This document shows, one piece after another, positions 52,157 through 64,000 of a stretch of DNA of 64,000 nucleotides. The position numbers were made by a program, and so were the translations under genes. The stretch is from an uncultured Acidobacteriota bacterium. Its GTDB lineage: Bacteria > Acidobacteriota > Thermoanaerobaculia > UBA5066 > Gp7-AA6. Numbering within the stretch: the first letter of the stretch is position 1; every line of letters begins with the position of its first letter. The notes beneath the pieces are model-generated. The model was not told the DNA's origin and did not search any database. It saw nothing but the letters and a program-made list of their open reading frames with translations. Location of the stretch: assembly GCA_963829925.1 (NCBI GenBank), contig CAWHKQ010000011.1:3337-67336 (forward strand), read 5' to 3'.

Positions 52157-54876
52157 ATGCGAATGGCATTCAGAGGAACCGCGACGGCCACGGCGCTCGC
52201 GCTGGCGTGGGCAGCCGCCGTAGGCTGCTCCTCCAGAGGGCACGGAACGCGCGACGCCGCCGACGCGTCCGCAGTCTCGGCGGCTCCGGCCGCCGCCGCG
52301 GCGAACCCGGCCCAGGCCGCGTCCGCCAAGATCACCCAGGCCGCGCTCAACGAAGACACCGACGGGGCGCGCGTCGTTCTTTCCGCCGACGCTCCGCTGC
52401 TCTACACCTCGTACGAGCCGCGCCCCGACCTCCTGATCGTCGACCTCCGGGACGCGACCGTCGCGGACGGCTTCCAGACCCCGGCGGCCGTCGGCGGACT
52501 CGTCGAATCCATCAAGTTCGAGGAGCTCGACGAGCTCGGAAAGCGCATCACGCGCCTCTCGATCGCCCACCGGCCCAACGCCACGCCCGACGTGCGTTCG
52601 GTCGGACAGGGACTCGCGATCGCCTTCAACGGCGCCCCTGCCCCGGCCGAAGCGGAAACGGTGGCGGAGTCCGCTCCGGTCGCGTCGGCGCCGAGCGCGG
52701 CTCCCGCCGAGACCGTCGTGGCAACGGCCCTGACGCCCGACGCGGCGCCGGCGCCCGCAGTCTCGAGCGCCGCCCGCGGCGAGATGGCCCACGTCCTCGA
52801 GAGCATCGTCGCGGAGAACCGCGACGGGCACGTCGAGATCGCGCTTCTGGGCGACGGCTGGTTCACGCCCAGAGATTTCGTGCTGGCGAACCCGCCGCGC
52901 ATCGTCCTCGACCTGCCGGGCGTGAAGAACGAAGTGCGCCAGCGGGCGATCAGCGTCAAGGGCGAGCTCGTCTCGCGCGTCCGCGTGTCCCAGTTCCAGA
53001 CCTCGCCCGAGTACGTCACGCGGGTGGTCGTCGACCTCACGCGGCCCATGCCGCACACCATCGTCCCCGACGGCGAGCGCCTGGCGGTCCTGATCGGAGC
53101 CGACGTCTCCCGGGCGGAGGCGGCTCCGGCCGTGACGACGACGGTGGCGGCCGCCGCGCCTGTCGAGGCGAAGCCCGAACCCGTCGCGGAGCCGGCGCAA
53201 CCCCCGGTTTCCGATCCCGCCCCGTCGCCGACGACCCTCGTCCAGGAAACGGCGCCCCCGGCGGAAACCCCGGCCGTCTCCGTTGCCGCGGCGCCCGTGG
53301 CCGAAAACAAGCCGTGCGAAACAAGCCCGTGCCCAACGAAACGCCCGTCCCGGCGACGATCGTCGCCGTCGAGGCGCCCGCGCCTCCAGCTCCGGCGCCT
53401 CCGGCTCCCGCGTCCGACGAGCCGGTGACGGTGGCCGTGTCCCAGCCCGCTCCGGCTCCGGTTCCGGTTCAGAAGACCGTCGTGGCCGCGCCCCCTCCGG
53501 CGCCCGCAGCCCCCGCGCCTGCCTCGCGCCCGGCCGCCCGCCCGGCAAAACCCGCGGCTTCCCGCGGCGACGCGCTCTTCGAGGCCGCGGCCGCCGCTCT
53601 CGATCAGGAGCAGGCCCAGCGTCCCGATGTGGGCTCGACCTATCGCTCCCGCACGCTCTACGAGGCGCAGACCCAGTTCACCGGGGAGCCGATCTCCCTC
53701 GACCTCAAGGACGCCGACATCAAGGACGTGTTCCGCACGATCTCGCAGTTGACGGGCCTGAACATCGTCATCGACCCGGAAGTGCGCGGGACGGTCACCG
53801 TCCAGCTCGAGGACGTTCCCTGGGACCAGGCCCTCGACCTGATCCTCAAGCAGAACAGCCTCGGGTACGTCCTCGAGAACAACATCATGCGGATCGCGAC
53901 GACCGCGAAGCTCCAGGCCGAGGAGGGCGATCGCGCCCGCCTGGCGGAGGCGCGGCAGGCCGCCGAGCCGACGCGCACCGTCATCAAGAAGCTCTCCTAC
54001 GCCAGGGCCGCCGAGATCACGCCGACCCTCCAGAGCGTGATGTCCAAGCGCGGCTCGATCGTGGTCGACGGGCGGACGAACACGCTGATCATCCGGGAGA
54101 TCCCGACCTACCTGCCGGCCGTCCTGCAGCTGATCGACAACCTCGACACCGCCACGCCCCAGGTCGTCATCGAGTCGCGGATCGTCGAGACGACCAAGAG
54201 CCTCGGCCGGAGCCTCGGGATCAACTGGTCCGTCACCGGCGTCGCCGACCAGGTGCACGGGAACACGACGAACCTGATCTTCCCGAACACGATCGCCGGC
54301 GGGCTCAACGTCGGCCTCGGCAACGGGCCGACGGTGGCGTCGCTCGTCCTCGGCAACATCCTCAACACGTTCAACCTGGACGTGGCCCTGACGGCGGCCG
54401 AGAACCAGGGCCTCCTGAAGATCATCTCGTCGCCGAAGGTGACCTCGCTGACCAACACGCCCGCCCTGATCCAGTCGGGTGTCCAGATTCCCGTCCAGAC
54501 GACCGTCAACAACACGACGACCGTCATCTACGTCGATGCGACGCTCAAGCTCGACGTGACGCCTCAGATCACGGCGGAAGGCACGATCCTCCTGACGGTC
54601 AACGTGACCAAGCGCGAGCCGGCGGTCGCCTTGAACCTCTCGCTCGGCCAGAACGTCCCCTTGACGATCCGGGAGTACCGGGGCCAGGTGCTGGTCAAGG
54701 ACGGCGGCACGACCGTCATCGGCGGCATCTTCCAGATCAACGACCAGGACCAGTACAACATGATCCCCGGCCTCTGGAAGATCCCGATCCTGGGCAACCT
54801 CTTCAAGAACAAGACGCGGACCGAGAAGCACGACGAGTTGCTCATATTCATCACTCCCCGAATCCTGCGGTCGTAA
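52157..54876 (+). CDS. pilQ: Type IV pilus secretin PilQ with two AMIN domains and an N-terminal lipobox; one frameshift near 53320
   Basis: AAAVGC lipobox; AMIN motifs NPPRIVLDLPG and RVVVDL; ISLDLKDADI, VPWDQAL, VDGRTN, QVVIESRIVE, GGTTVIGG, IPILGNLFK and ELLIFITPRI. Confidence 0.95.
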
Positions 54877-54891
54877 AAGGGAGAAGGCGCA

Positions 54892-55470
54892 ATGAAGACC
54901 AGAATTCTGCTCGGAACCGCACTCGCGGGCGCGTTGGCGCTCTCAACCGGGTGCACGAACAAGCAGGGCGAGACCGAGGCCCCCGTGTTCATCACGGTGA
55001 GCCTCGAGGATCAGCCCGCTTTCGTCAACGTCGGCGAGACCGTCCCGGTGCAGGTCGACACGATCGAGCTGCAGTCCGCGTTGAAGAACCCGACGGCGGA
55101 CGACCCGCAGGGGTTCGCCGACACTCAGATCAACAGCTACACGGTGACTTTCCGCCGCACCGACGGGGGCACCGCGGTGCCCCCGGTCCAGACGTTCGGG
55201 GCCGGCATCCTCGTGCCCTCGGGCGGCACCGCGACCCTCGACAATTTTCCCATTGTCTACGGCCCGACTCTCCAGCAGTCGCCCCTGGACCAGCTCCTTC
55301 CGTTCAACGGGGGAATCGACCGGGAAACCGGCCTCGACCAGATCGCCACGACCTTCGACCTGACTTTCTTCGGCACGACGGTTTCGGGCCACCGCGTCCA
55401 GAGCGAAACCGCCAGCGGAATCCTGATCTTCCGGTTTGACGGTTCTGCGGCCGCGAGATCGGCCAAGTAA
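54892..55470 (+). CDS. Hypothetical lipoprotein (beta-rich)
   Basis: MKTRILLGTALAGALALSTGC lipobox; AGGAG-like RBS (GGGAGAAGG); 15 bp after pilQ. Confidence 0.8.
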   Translation: MKTRILLGTALAGALALSTGCTNKQGETEAPVFITVSLEDQPAFVNVGETVPVQVDTIELQSALKNPTADDPQGFADTQINSYTVTFRRTDGGTAVPPVQTFGAGILVPSGGTATLDNFPIVYGPTLQQSPLDQLLPFNGGIDRETGLDQIATTFDLTFFGTTVSGHRVQSETASGILIFRFDGSAAARSAK

Positions 55471-55479
55471 GGGGGATCC

Positions 55480-57105
55480 ATGCGCCGGATAGCCATCTCA
55501 CTGACCCTGGTCGCGCTCGTCGCGGGTCTCTACGGCTGCGCGGCGGATGCGCCCACGAGCCCGAGACCGGGACCCGGCACTGGGTCGAACGCCCTGCAGA
55601 TCAACCTGTTCACCAACGACGCCAACCCGAAGTCGGGCACCTGCACGCTGATCGAGGCCGTCGTGACGCTCAACGGCAACGCGGTGGCGGACGGGACCGG
55701 CGTGTCGTTCTCGACGGACTTCGGCACCTTCTCGCAGAACGGCCTTCCTCTGGTCTCCGTCGTCACCCAGAACGGGGTGGCGGTGACGGCTCTCTGCGGC
55801 CCCGCGGCGGGCACCGCGAGGGTGCGCGCGTCGGCGACCGTCAACGGGAACAGCGCCGCGACCAATCTGACGATCGTGTTCCAGTCCGACTCGGGGACCC
55901 TTCCCTTCGTTGTCTCCTGCAGCCCGAGCTTCGGCCCGACTGACGGGGGCACGAGCCTGACGATCACCGGAGGGCGTTTCTTCGGCTCGGCGGCCACGAC
56001 CCGGGTCCAGTTCACCGCCAATGGCGTGACCCGCGACGGCATTGTCCAGAGCGTGTCGGCGAGCCAGGTGACGGTCCTGACGCCTGCATTCCCCGAGCTC
56101 AGCTCTCCCAACACGCCCGCCGCGATCAGCCTGACGTTTGGTACTAACTCCGCCCAGCCGGTCGTCTTGTCGCTGCCGAGCTGCTTCGCCTTCGGAACAG
56201 CCTCGAGCGGCACTCCGACGATCGCGTCGATCCTGCCGTCCTCCGGCACGAACGACGGCAACACGCGGGTCACGATCGTGGGCTCCGGATTCTCGACCAC
56301 CTCGGGCGTGCAGGTGTTCTTCGGAAACGTCGAGGCGGCGGTCCTCTCGGTGTCCTTCAACCAGATCGTCGTTCTCTCTCCGCCGGCCTTCGGCGCCGGA
56401 GCCGAAAACCTCAACGCCACGGTGCAGGTCACGGTCAGGAACATCGCCTCCGGGGCCGTCTCGAACGGCGTTTCGTACCGGTTCACGCCGGCCGTACAGC
56501 TCACTTCGATCTCGAACAACGTGCAGAGGACGGATGTGTCGTTCACGGCGGTCACGATCTACGGGCAGGGCTTCGACGCGCCGGTGGCGGTTTCCCTGGC
56601 GGGCATCCCGGCGATCATCCAGTCGGTGTCTGCGACCGAGATCGTCGTCCTGCCGGTCTTCCCGCTCCTGAGTGGTTGCGCGAACCTCTCCGGCGACGTG
56701 TCGGTCACGAACATCAACACGGGGGACACCGCCACGGGACTCTCGTTCACGTACATCGTTCCGCAAATGGCGATCACCGGTGTCGCCCCGACCATCGGCT
56801 CGACCGGCGACTCGGTCACGATCACGGGCGTCAATTTCCCGGATACCGTGGGCGACGCCGAGGTCAAGTTCGGGAGCCGGACCGCCTTCGTGACTTCCGT
56901 CAGCCCGGGCTCCATCACCGTGACGGTCCCGCCGGGATCCGTGATCACGCCGCCGACCTGCGTCCCGCCGAACGTCGGCGGCGACCTCCAGAACGTCGAG
57001 ACGGTCGACGTGACCGTGACCGACCGCGCCACGACCTGCACGGCCACGGTGAATCAAGCCTTCACGTACCAGCTGCCGTGCGTCGACCCGACGCCGGTGC
57101 CCTGA
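55480..57105 (+). CDS. Lipoprotein with an invasin-like Ig domain and multiple IPT/TIG domains
   Basis: LVAGLYGC lipobox; repeated SPSFGPTDGGTSLTITG, PSSGTNDGNTRVTIVGSGF and PTIGSTGDSVTITG IPT signatures. Confidence 0.85.
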   Translation: MRRIAISLTLVALVAGLYGCAADAPTSPRPGPGTGSNALQINLFTNDANPKSGTCTLIEAVVTLNGNAVADGTGVSFSTDFGTFSQNGLPLVSVVTQNGVAVTALCGPAAGTARVRASATVNGNSAATNLTIVFQSDSGTLPFVVSCSPSFGPTDGGTSLTITGGRFFGSAATTRVQFTANGVTRDGIVQSVSASQVTVLTPAFPELSSPNTPAAISLTFGTNSAQPVVLSLPSCFAFGTASSGTPTIASILPSSGTNDGNTRVTIVGSGFSTTSGVQVFFGNVEAAVLSVSFNQIVVLSPPAFGAGAENLNATVQVTVRNIASGAVSNGVSYRFTPAVQLTSISNNVQRTDVSFTAVTIYGQGFDAPVAVSLAGIPAIIQSVSATEIVVLPVFPLLSGCANLSGDVSVTNINTGDTATGLSFTYIVPQMAITGVAPTIGSTGDSVTITGVNFPDTVGDAEVKFGSRTAFVTSVSPGSITVTVPPGSVITPPTCVPPNVGGDLQNVETVDVTVTDRATTCTATVNQAFTYQLPCVDPTPVP

Positions 57106-57117
57106 CGCCAGATCAAG

Positions 57118-57152
57118 ACGCCGCCCCTTTCCGGGGGCGGCGTTTTCTTTTT
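57118..57152 (+). terminator. Rho-independent terminator closing the pil-lipoprotein operon
   Basis: acgccgcccc-loop-ggggcggcgt followed by TTTCTTTTT. Confidence 0.85.
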
Positions 57153-57156
57153 ACCC

Positions 57157-58236
57157 GTGGCTGAGCCCACTGCGGAAGCCCGTATCCGCGATCTCGAGCG
57201 CCGGCTCGACATGGATCCCGGCTCGCGGCTGTTCGTCGCGCTCGCCGATGAGTACCGGAAGATCGGCAGAGTCCGCGACGCTCTCGGGGCTCTCCAGAAG
57301 GGCCTGCTGGCCCATCCCGGATACGTCGCGGCCCAGGTCGCTCTCGGGCGCGCCTATCTGGAGGCGGACCAGACCACCGACGCCATCGCCACCTTCACCA
57401 GGGTCCTGGCCGCGGACCCGGGCAACCTCGTGGCCGCCAAGTCGCTGGCCGAGATCTACCTGGCGCGGGGCGACAGCCTCGAGGCGCTCAAGAAGTACAA
57501 GCTCTACCGCGCGCTGTCCGGCGACCGAAAGGTCGACGAGACGATTGCGAGGCTCGAGCCGCAGGTCGCGCCCAGGCCGATCCTGCCGCTGAAGGCGGTG
57601 ATCACGAACGAGACCCCCCTACCGCCGCCGCCGAGCTTCCAGGACGTCGACAGGAGCCGCCGGCCTTCCCGCCCATCCCGGTCGGGGCCGTCGGCTTCGA
57701 GGCCGGTGGACCTCTCGGACCCGTTCGACATCACCTCGTTGGCCTTCGAGCCGGGCGAGGACTCGGGGCAGGGGCGGCGGCCCGAGGGGCTCTTCGAAAC
57801 GCCGACCCGCGACGCCGAGATCGCGGCGGAACCGCCACCGCTCTCCGAAGCCGTGACGCGGATCATCCCGGTTGCCGAGCTTCTGTCCCCCGCGCCATCT
57901 CCGCCTCCTTCCTTCGAGCCGCCGGCGGAGCCCGAGCTTCTCTCGACACCGTCGCCCGGCGAGGGCGGCGCCGAGCCGGGCCGACCCACGGGCCGCGGTC
58001 TGGCGGATCTCTACTACGCGCAGGGGCATTACGCGGAGGCGCTGCAGATCTACGACGATCTCGTCACCCGCCACCCGTTCGACGAGGACCTCAAGCGGAT
58101 GCGGCGCGATTCGGAAGCGCGCCTCCTGCCCGCGGGAGCCACGCCGTCGGACGCGGTCCCGGACCCCGGACTGGACCGCCGGATGGCCCGCATCCGGGTC
58201 CTGAAACGGTGGCTGTCTCAAGTCCATCCGGGGTGA
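57157..58236 (+). CDS. TPR protein (N- and C-terminal TPRs, Pro-rich linker)
   Basis: LFVALADEYRK and AQVALGRAY TPRs; C-terminal LADLYYAQGHYAEALQIY. Confidence 0.85.
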   Translation: MAEPTAEARIRDLERRLDMDPGSRLFVALADEYRKIGRVRDALGALQKGLLAHPGYVAAQVALGRAYLEADQTTDAIATFTRVLAADPGNLVAAKSLAEIYLARGDSLEALKKYKLYRALSGDRKVDETIARLEPQVAPRPILPLKAVITNETPLPPPPSFQDVDRSRRPSRPSRSGPSASRPVDLSDPFDITSLAFEPGEDSGQGRRPEGLFETPTRDAEIAAEPPPLSEAVTRIIPVAELLSPAPSPPPSFEPPAEPELLSTPSPGEGGAEPGRPTGRGLADLYYAQGHYAEALQIYDDLVTRHPFDEDLKRMRRDSEARLLPAGATPSDAVPDPGLDRRMARIRVLKRWLSQVHPG

Positions 58237-58271
58237 TCTCCGGGCCCGACCGTGACATCATCCCCAGTCGA

Positions 58272-58634
58272 ATGAACGTCTTTCAGGACACCCTGCGCCG
58301 GGTCGCGGAGCGCGTCGAAGGCACGCGGGCGGTGTCGCTGGTCGGCGTGGACGGCATCGCGATCGACTCCTACGTCAGCGCCGAAGGCCTTCCGATGGAT
58401 TCGCTCGCCGCCGAAACGGGCGCGCTCGTCAAGGCCGCCCAGTCGGCCCGGGCGCTCACCGAACACGGCCCGGTCGAGCAGGTGACCCTGTCCTCGGACC
58501 GCGCGGCCACGGTCCTCCACCGGGTGACCGAGGAGTATTATCTGATCCTCCTGCTGGCCCGGGACGGCAACTTCGGCCGGGGCCGCTTCGAGCTGCGCAA
58601 GGCCGCGGCCGCGCTGGAAAAGGAGTTGTTGTAG
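58272..58634 (+). CDS. Roadblock/LC7 domain protein (MglB-like)
   Basis: AVSLVGVDGIAI...YYLILLL..DGNFGRGRFEL pattern, 120 aa. Confidence 0.85.
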   Translation: MNVFQDTLRRVAERVEGTRAVSLVGVDGIAIDSYVSAEGLPMDSLAAETGALVKAAQSARALTEHGPVEQVTLSSDRAATVLHRVTEEYYLILLLARDGNFGRGRFELRKAAAALEKELL

Positions 58635-58637
58635 GCC

Positions 58638-59108
58638 ATGCTTTCGCTCAAGGAGATCCGGGAGCTCATCGATCTGGTGGCGGAGCGGGGCCTCTCCGGC
58701 CTCGAGATCGAGCGCTCCGGATTCCGCCTGCGCATCGACGGCCCGAGGGCGTCGGCCGTCGAGCCGGCCCTGCCTCATGCCCCGGCGCGCCCGGCGCCGT
58801 CGCCGGATTCCCGGGTCGCGACGTCGGCGGCCGAGCCCCCGGCCGCGGCCCCGGCGGAAGACAACGTCCACGTCATCACCTCGCCCATCGTCGGCACGTT
58901 CTACCGGTCCCCGTCGCCGGAGTCCGATCCGTTCGCGGAAGTCGGCGAGAAGATCGGGAAGGGCAAGATCCTCTGCATCATCGAGTCGATGAAACTGATG
59001 AACGAGATCGAATCGGACGTCGAGGGGGAAGTCGTGGCCGTCTACCCGCGCAACGGCCAGCCCGTCGAGTACGGGGAGAAGCTGTTCGCGATTCGCCTGG
59101 CCGCCTGA
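58638..59108 (+). CDS. accB: Biotin carboxyl carrier protein
   Basis: [20 protein letters not shown] (biotinyl Lys) and PVEYGE.LF. Confidence 0.96.
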   Translation: MLSLKEIRELIDLVAERGLSGLEIERSGFRLRIDGPRASAVEPALPHAPARPAPSPDSRVATSAAEPPAAAPAEDNVHVITSPIVGTFYRSPSPESDPFAEVGEKIGKGKILCIIESMKLMNEIESDVEGEVVAVYPRNGQPVEYGEKLFAIRLAA

Positions 59109-59120
59109 TCTTCGGTTCCC

Positions 59121-60464
<1,344 letters not shown>

Positions 60465-60493
60465 CGAGTTCTGGCTCCCCGGACTCCGCGGCC

Positions 60494-61648
60494 TTGCGAC
60501 TGCACCTCCCGCCCGTCTATGCCGTCACGGATCGCGAGATCAGCGGCGTTTCCGGCGTTCCCGCTCTCGCCGGCCGCCTGTTCTCGGTCGGCGTGCGCTG
60601 CCTGCAGATCCGCGAGAAATCGCTGCCGGACCGGGAGCTGCTGAGCGCGGCCGACGCGACCGCCGCGCTCGCGCGGGACCACCGCGCGAGGGTCTTCGTC
60701 AACGACCGCGTCGACGTGGCGCGGATGTCGGGCCTCGGCGTGCATCTGGGCGACGAGGACCTTCCGCCCTCCGCCGCGCGCGCGGTCCTGGGTCCGGATG
60801 CGCCGATCGGCCTCTCGACGCACGACCTCGAGGCCTCCCTCCGCGCCTTCTCGGATCCGGCCGTCGACTACGTCGCGTTCGGGCCGATCTACGAAAGCAC
60901 GACGAAGTCCGGACGCGCGCCCCGGGGCCTCGAGGAACTCGCCCGCGTGGCGGCCGGAAAGACCAAAGCCCTCGTGGCCATCGGCGGCATCACGGCGGAG
61001 CGTCTCGACGCGGTCTGGGACGCGGGCGCCGACTCGGCGGCGATGATCGGAGGGCTCCTCGCCGGGGGCCGGGTCGAGGAGAACGCGCGGCGCGCGCTCG
61101 ACCGGGCGCGCCGGCGGAGCCTCCGCCGGCGGCTCTATCTCGTCGGCTTCATGGCTTCGGGGAAGACCTCGGTGGGCCAGCGGGTCGCGGAGAGACTGGG
61201 GCTGCCCTTCGTGGACCTCGACGCCGAAATCGAGCGCACCACCGGCAAGACGATCCGCGTCCTGTTCGAGGAGTCGGGGGAGACGGCCTTTCGCGAGCGC
61301 GAGGCGGAATTCCTGGCGGGAACCGAGTCGCTCCCCGCCGCCGTCATCGCCACGGGAGGGGGCAGCTTCGTGGGCGAAGGGAACCGGAGAACGATCGCGC
61401 GGCTCGGGACGTCGGTCTTTCTCGACGGGCCGCTCGAGGCCATACGCGCGCGCCTGAAGGGGAAAACCGACCGCCCGCTGTTCCAGAGCCCCGAGCAGCT
61501 CGAACGGCTCTTCGCCGAACGGGCTCCCTTCTATAGAATGGCCGCCGTCCGCGTGGGTTTGACCGGCGCAGAATCGATCGAGGACGCTGCGGATCGGGTG
61601 CTCACGGCTCTCGAGGATCGCGACCATGATTCCCTTGTGAAGGGGCCG
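60494..61648 (+). CDS. Thiamine-phosphate synthase fused in frame to shikimate kinase (ThiE-AroK); no stop before the next gene
   Basis: ThiE motifs QIREK, NDRVD, GVHLG, STH, GPIY.STTK and AIGGI. AroK motifs LVGFMASGKTS, DLD, GETAFRERE, ATGGG and RPL. One continuous frame. Confidence 0.85.
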
Positions 61649-62392
61649 ATGCGCTACCTGATCCTGTCCGACATCCATTCCAACGACGAGGCCCTCGCGG
61701 CGGTGCTGGCGCGCGTGCGGCGCAAGAAGTACGACCGGGTCGTCGTGCTGGGCGACTTCGTCGGGTACGGAGCGAGTCCGAACCAGGTCGTCGACCGCAT
61801 CCGCGCGATCCGCCGGGAGAAGGTCATGATCCGCGGCAACCACGACAAGGTCGTCTGCGGCATCGAGTCCGGGGACCTCTTCAACCCCGTCGCCCTCAAG
61901 GCCGCGCGCTGGACCACCGACAAGTTGACGCCGCGAAACCGCAAGTTTCTCGAGGTCCTCCCGGTGGGGCCCGCCGACGTGGATTCCGCGTTCTCGATCT
62001 GTCACGGCTCGCCACGGGACGAGGACGCCTACATCTTCACGGATTACGACGCCTATCTGAACTTCCGCGAGACCGCGGCCGCCGTGTGCTTCTTCGGCCA
62101 CAGCCACATTCCCTGCGTCTTCACGCTCGAGCCGCACGGCATCGTCGTGGAGCTCATCTCGGAGGACCGCGTCCGGTATCCGCTCCAGAAGGGCCTCCGC
62201 TACCTGATCAATCCGGGCTCCATCGGTCAGCCGCGCGACCGCAACGCCGCCGCGGCCTACGCGATCTACGACGCCGACGAGCACGTCGTCCACTTCGACC
62301 GCGTTCCGTACGCCGCCGAGAAGGCCCGAGACAAGATCTACAAGGCGGGCCTCCCGCACATCCTCGGGGATCGGCTCCTCGTGGGCGCTTAG
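61649..62392 (+). CDS. Metallophosphoesterase (YfcE/calcineurin-like)
   Basis: SDIHSN, LGDFVGYG, RGNHD, CHGSP, FGHSH and NPGSIGQPRD; own ATG preceded by a GAAGGGG RBS. Confidence 0.92.
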   Translation: MRYLILSDIHSNDEALAAVLARVRRKKYDRVVVLGDFVGYGASPNQVVDRIRAIRREKVMIRGNHDKVVCGIESGDLFNPVALKAARWTTDKLTPRNRKFLEVLPVGPADVDSAFSICHGSPRDEDAYIFTDYDAYLNFRETAAAVCFFGHSHIPCVFTLEPHGIVVELISEDRVRYPLQKGLRYLINPGSIGQPRDRNAAAAYAIYDADEHVVHFDRVPYAAEKARDKIYKAGLPHILGDRLLVGA

Positions 62393-62449
62393 CCCTCTGC
62401 CTGCCGGCGCATCTATAATCCGGCTCGAATTCCTCGGAAAGGCGGACGG

Positions 62450-64000
62450 ATGCGGCGTGGCCTGCGCGCGCTCGGAGCGGTGATTCTCTCGGCAGCCGCG
62501 GCTCACCCGCTGCGCGACGCGGGGCGCCGCTCCGGCGAGCACGCCGGCGCCGACACCGGCGCCCGCTCCCGCGTTCTCGCTCTCCGAGGCCGAGCCGCTG
62601 CTGCTCTCGCTCGAAGACCGCCGGGCGTTCGACGCGGCGGCGCTTTCGGCCGCGGCGAAGTCGCCCGACGCGTCCCTTCGCGCGCGGACCGCGCTCGCTC
62701 TCGCGCGCATCGGCGACGAACGTGCGGCGCCGTACCTCGAAGCGCTCCTGTCGGACCCCTCGCCGGACGTGCGCGCGGCCGCGGCGTTCGGGGCGGGGCT
62801 TCTGGGGGCGCCGCTCGCGGCCCGGTTGGCGAAATTGCTGGAGGATCCCGACCCCTCGGTTTCGGCGCGTGCGGCCTGGGCCCTCGGCTTCCTGGAGCGC
62901 AGGGAGGCCCAGGACGCCCTCCTGGCCGCCCTTCCCGGCCGCGACGATTCCGGAGCGCAGGGCGGCGATTCTGCGGGCGCTCTGGCGCTATCCCACCCCC
63001 GCGGCGGCCGCGGCCGCGGCGCCTTTCGTGACGGATCCGGACTCCCGCATTCGCGCGGCCGCCCTCTATGCGCTGGCCCGCCGGCCGCAGGAGGCGTCCC
63101 GTCCCCTGCTGACGGCGGCGCTTTCGGACCCCGACGCCGACACGGCGGCGCTGGCGGCGAGGGCCCTCGGGATCCTCGGCCAGCCGGAGGCGATCGGGCC
63201 GCTATCGGCCGCGCTCGAAGGCCGGGCTTCGGTCACGATCAACGCGATGGCCGCGCTGAAGGCGCTGCTCGAAAAGAGCGCGGAGGCGTCTCTGCCCGAA
63301 AGCCGGCGCGACCGGGTCCTCGCTCTGTCGGCCGAGGCGAACCCGAATCTCGCGGTGCCGGCCCTGGCGCTCCTGCGCTGGCTCGCCGCGGACCGCGAGG
63401 CGTTCCGGCGGCTCTGGCAGACGGCTTCGACGGGCTCCGGCCGCCGCCAGCAGATCGCCGTCCAGTCGTTGATGGCCGCCCGGGGGCCCGAAGCCCTCGC
63501 CATTGCCGACACCGCGATCGTTTCCGGGGACCCCTTCCTTCGCGGCGCCGCGGCGGAGGCATTGTCGTTTCTCCCGCCGGAGGAAGCGGCGTCGCGGCGG
63601 GAAGCCCTGGCCTCCGATCCCTCGGTCCTGGTCCGTCTCAAGGTCCTCGAGGGCCTGAGGACTCCGGAGGACGTGCGCGCCAACCTCTCTCTCGTGAATC
63701 GCCTTCTCGCGGACGCGGACGGGGGAGTCCGGGCGGCCGCGGTCGGCACGCTCTCGCAGCTCGAGGATCCCTCGACGATCCCGGTGTTTCGAGACGCGCT
63801 CGAAAAGTCGGCGGGGGATCGGGCCCCGGACGTGGCGATCGAAGTGATCGCCGCGGCCGAAAAGCAGTCTGCCCGCCCCGAAGCGCGCGAGCTCGTCGAG
63901 GCGGCGTACCGGCATCCCGCCACGCTGGTGTCGCGCCTGGCGCGGCGCGCTCTCGTCAAGACGTTTCAGGCCGATCCCGCCGGGCTGCCCTGGCGCGAAT
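62450..64000 (+). CDS. HEAT-repeat protein, frameshifted, continues past the window end
   Basis: Repeated LSDPSPDVRAAAAFGAG, DPDSRIRAAALYALAR and DADGGVRAAAVGTL units; signal-peptide-like start; TATAAT at 62414-62419. Confidence 0.8.

Overview
High-GC bacterial chromosome segment, most consistent with an Acidobacteriota (Thermoanaerobaculia-like) genome. That assignment is inferred from the GWxTD/VWA proteins, the FYDLN protein, the EF-P type and the gene order. Many genes are split by single-base indels, probably long-read errors, so they were re-joined by eye across frames. Contents in order: DUF1028; glycine cleavage operon gcvT-H-PA-PB; a fused DAK2-DegV (FakA-FakB-like) protein; a Ser/Thr kinase-GAF-degenerate PP2C protein; a FadL-type channel plus SGNH lipase; efp; M23 peptidase; a ~1230 aa GltD/NfnB-PyrK/NfnA-like fused oxidoreductase divergent from perR-rubrerythrin-FeS oxidoreductase-DUF3501; GAF-HD-GYP and membrane GGDEF proteins; maf; a tandem-GWxTD/Ig/VWA protein; iscS-(Zn-ribbon-FHA)-mnmA; folK; tgt; a six-gene block; yajC-secD-secF-rel; rpmB; pilMNOPQ plus two lipoproteins; TPR-roadblock-accB-accC; an in-frame ThiE-AroK(-metallophosphoesterase) fusion; and a HEAT-repeat protein. 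No rRNA, tRNA, CRISPR array or transposase was seen. The most unusual non-coding signal is a multi-hairpin intergenic repeat present in three full copies plus one partial copy, with compensatory base changes in its stems. There are also CGTC-type palindromic repeats and inverted 7-bp-period arrays.
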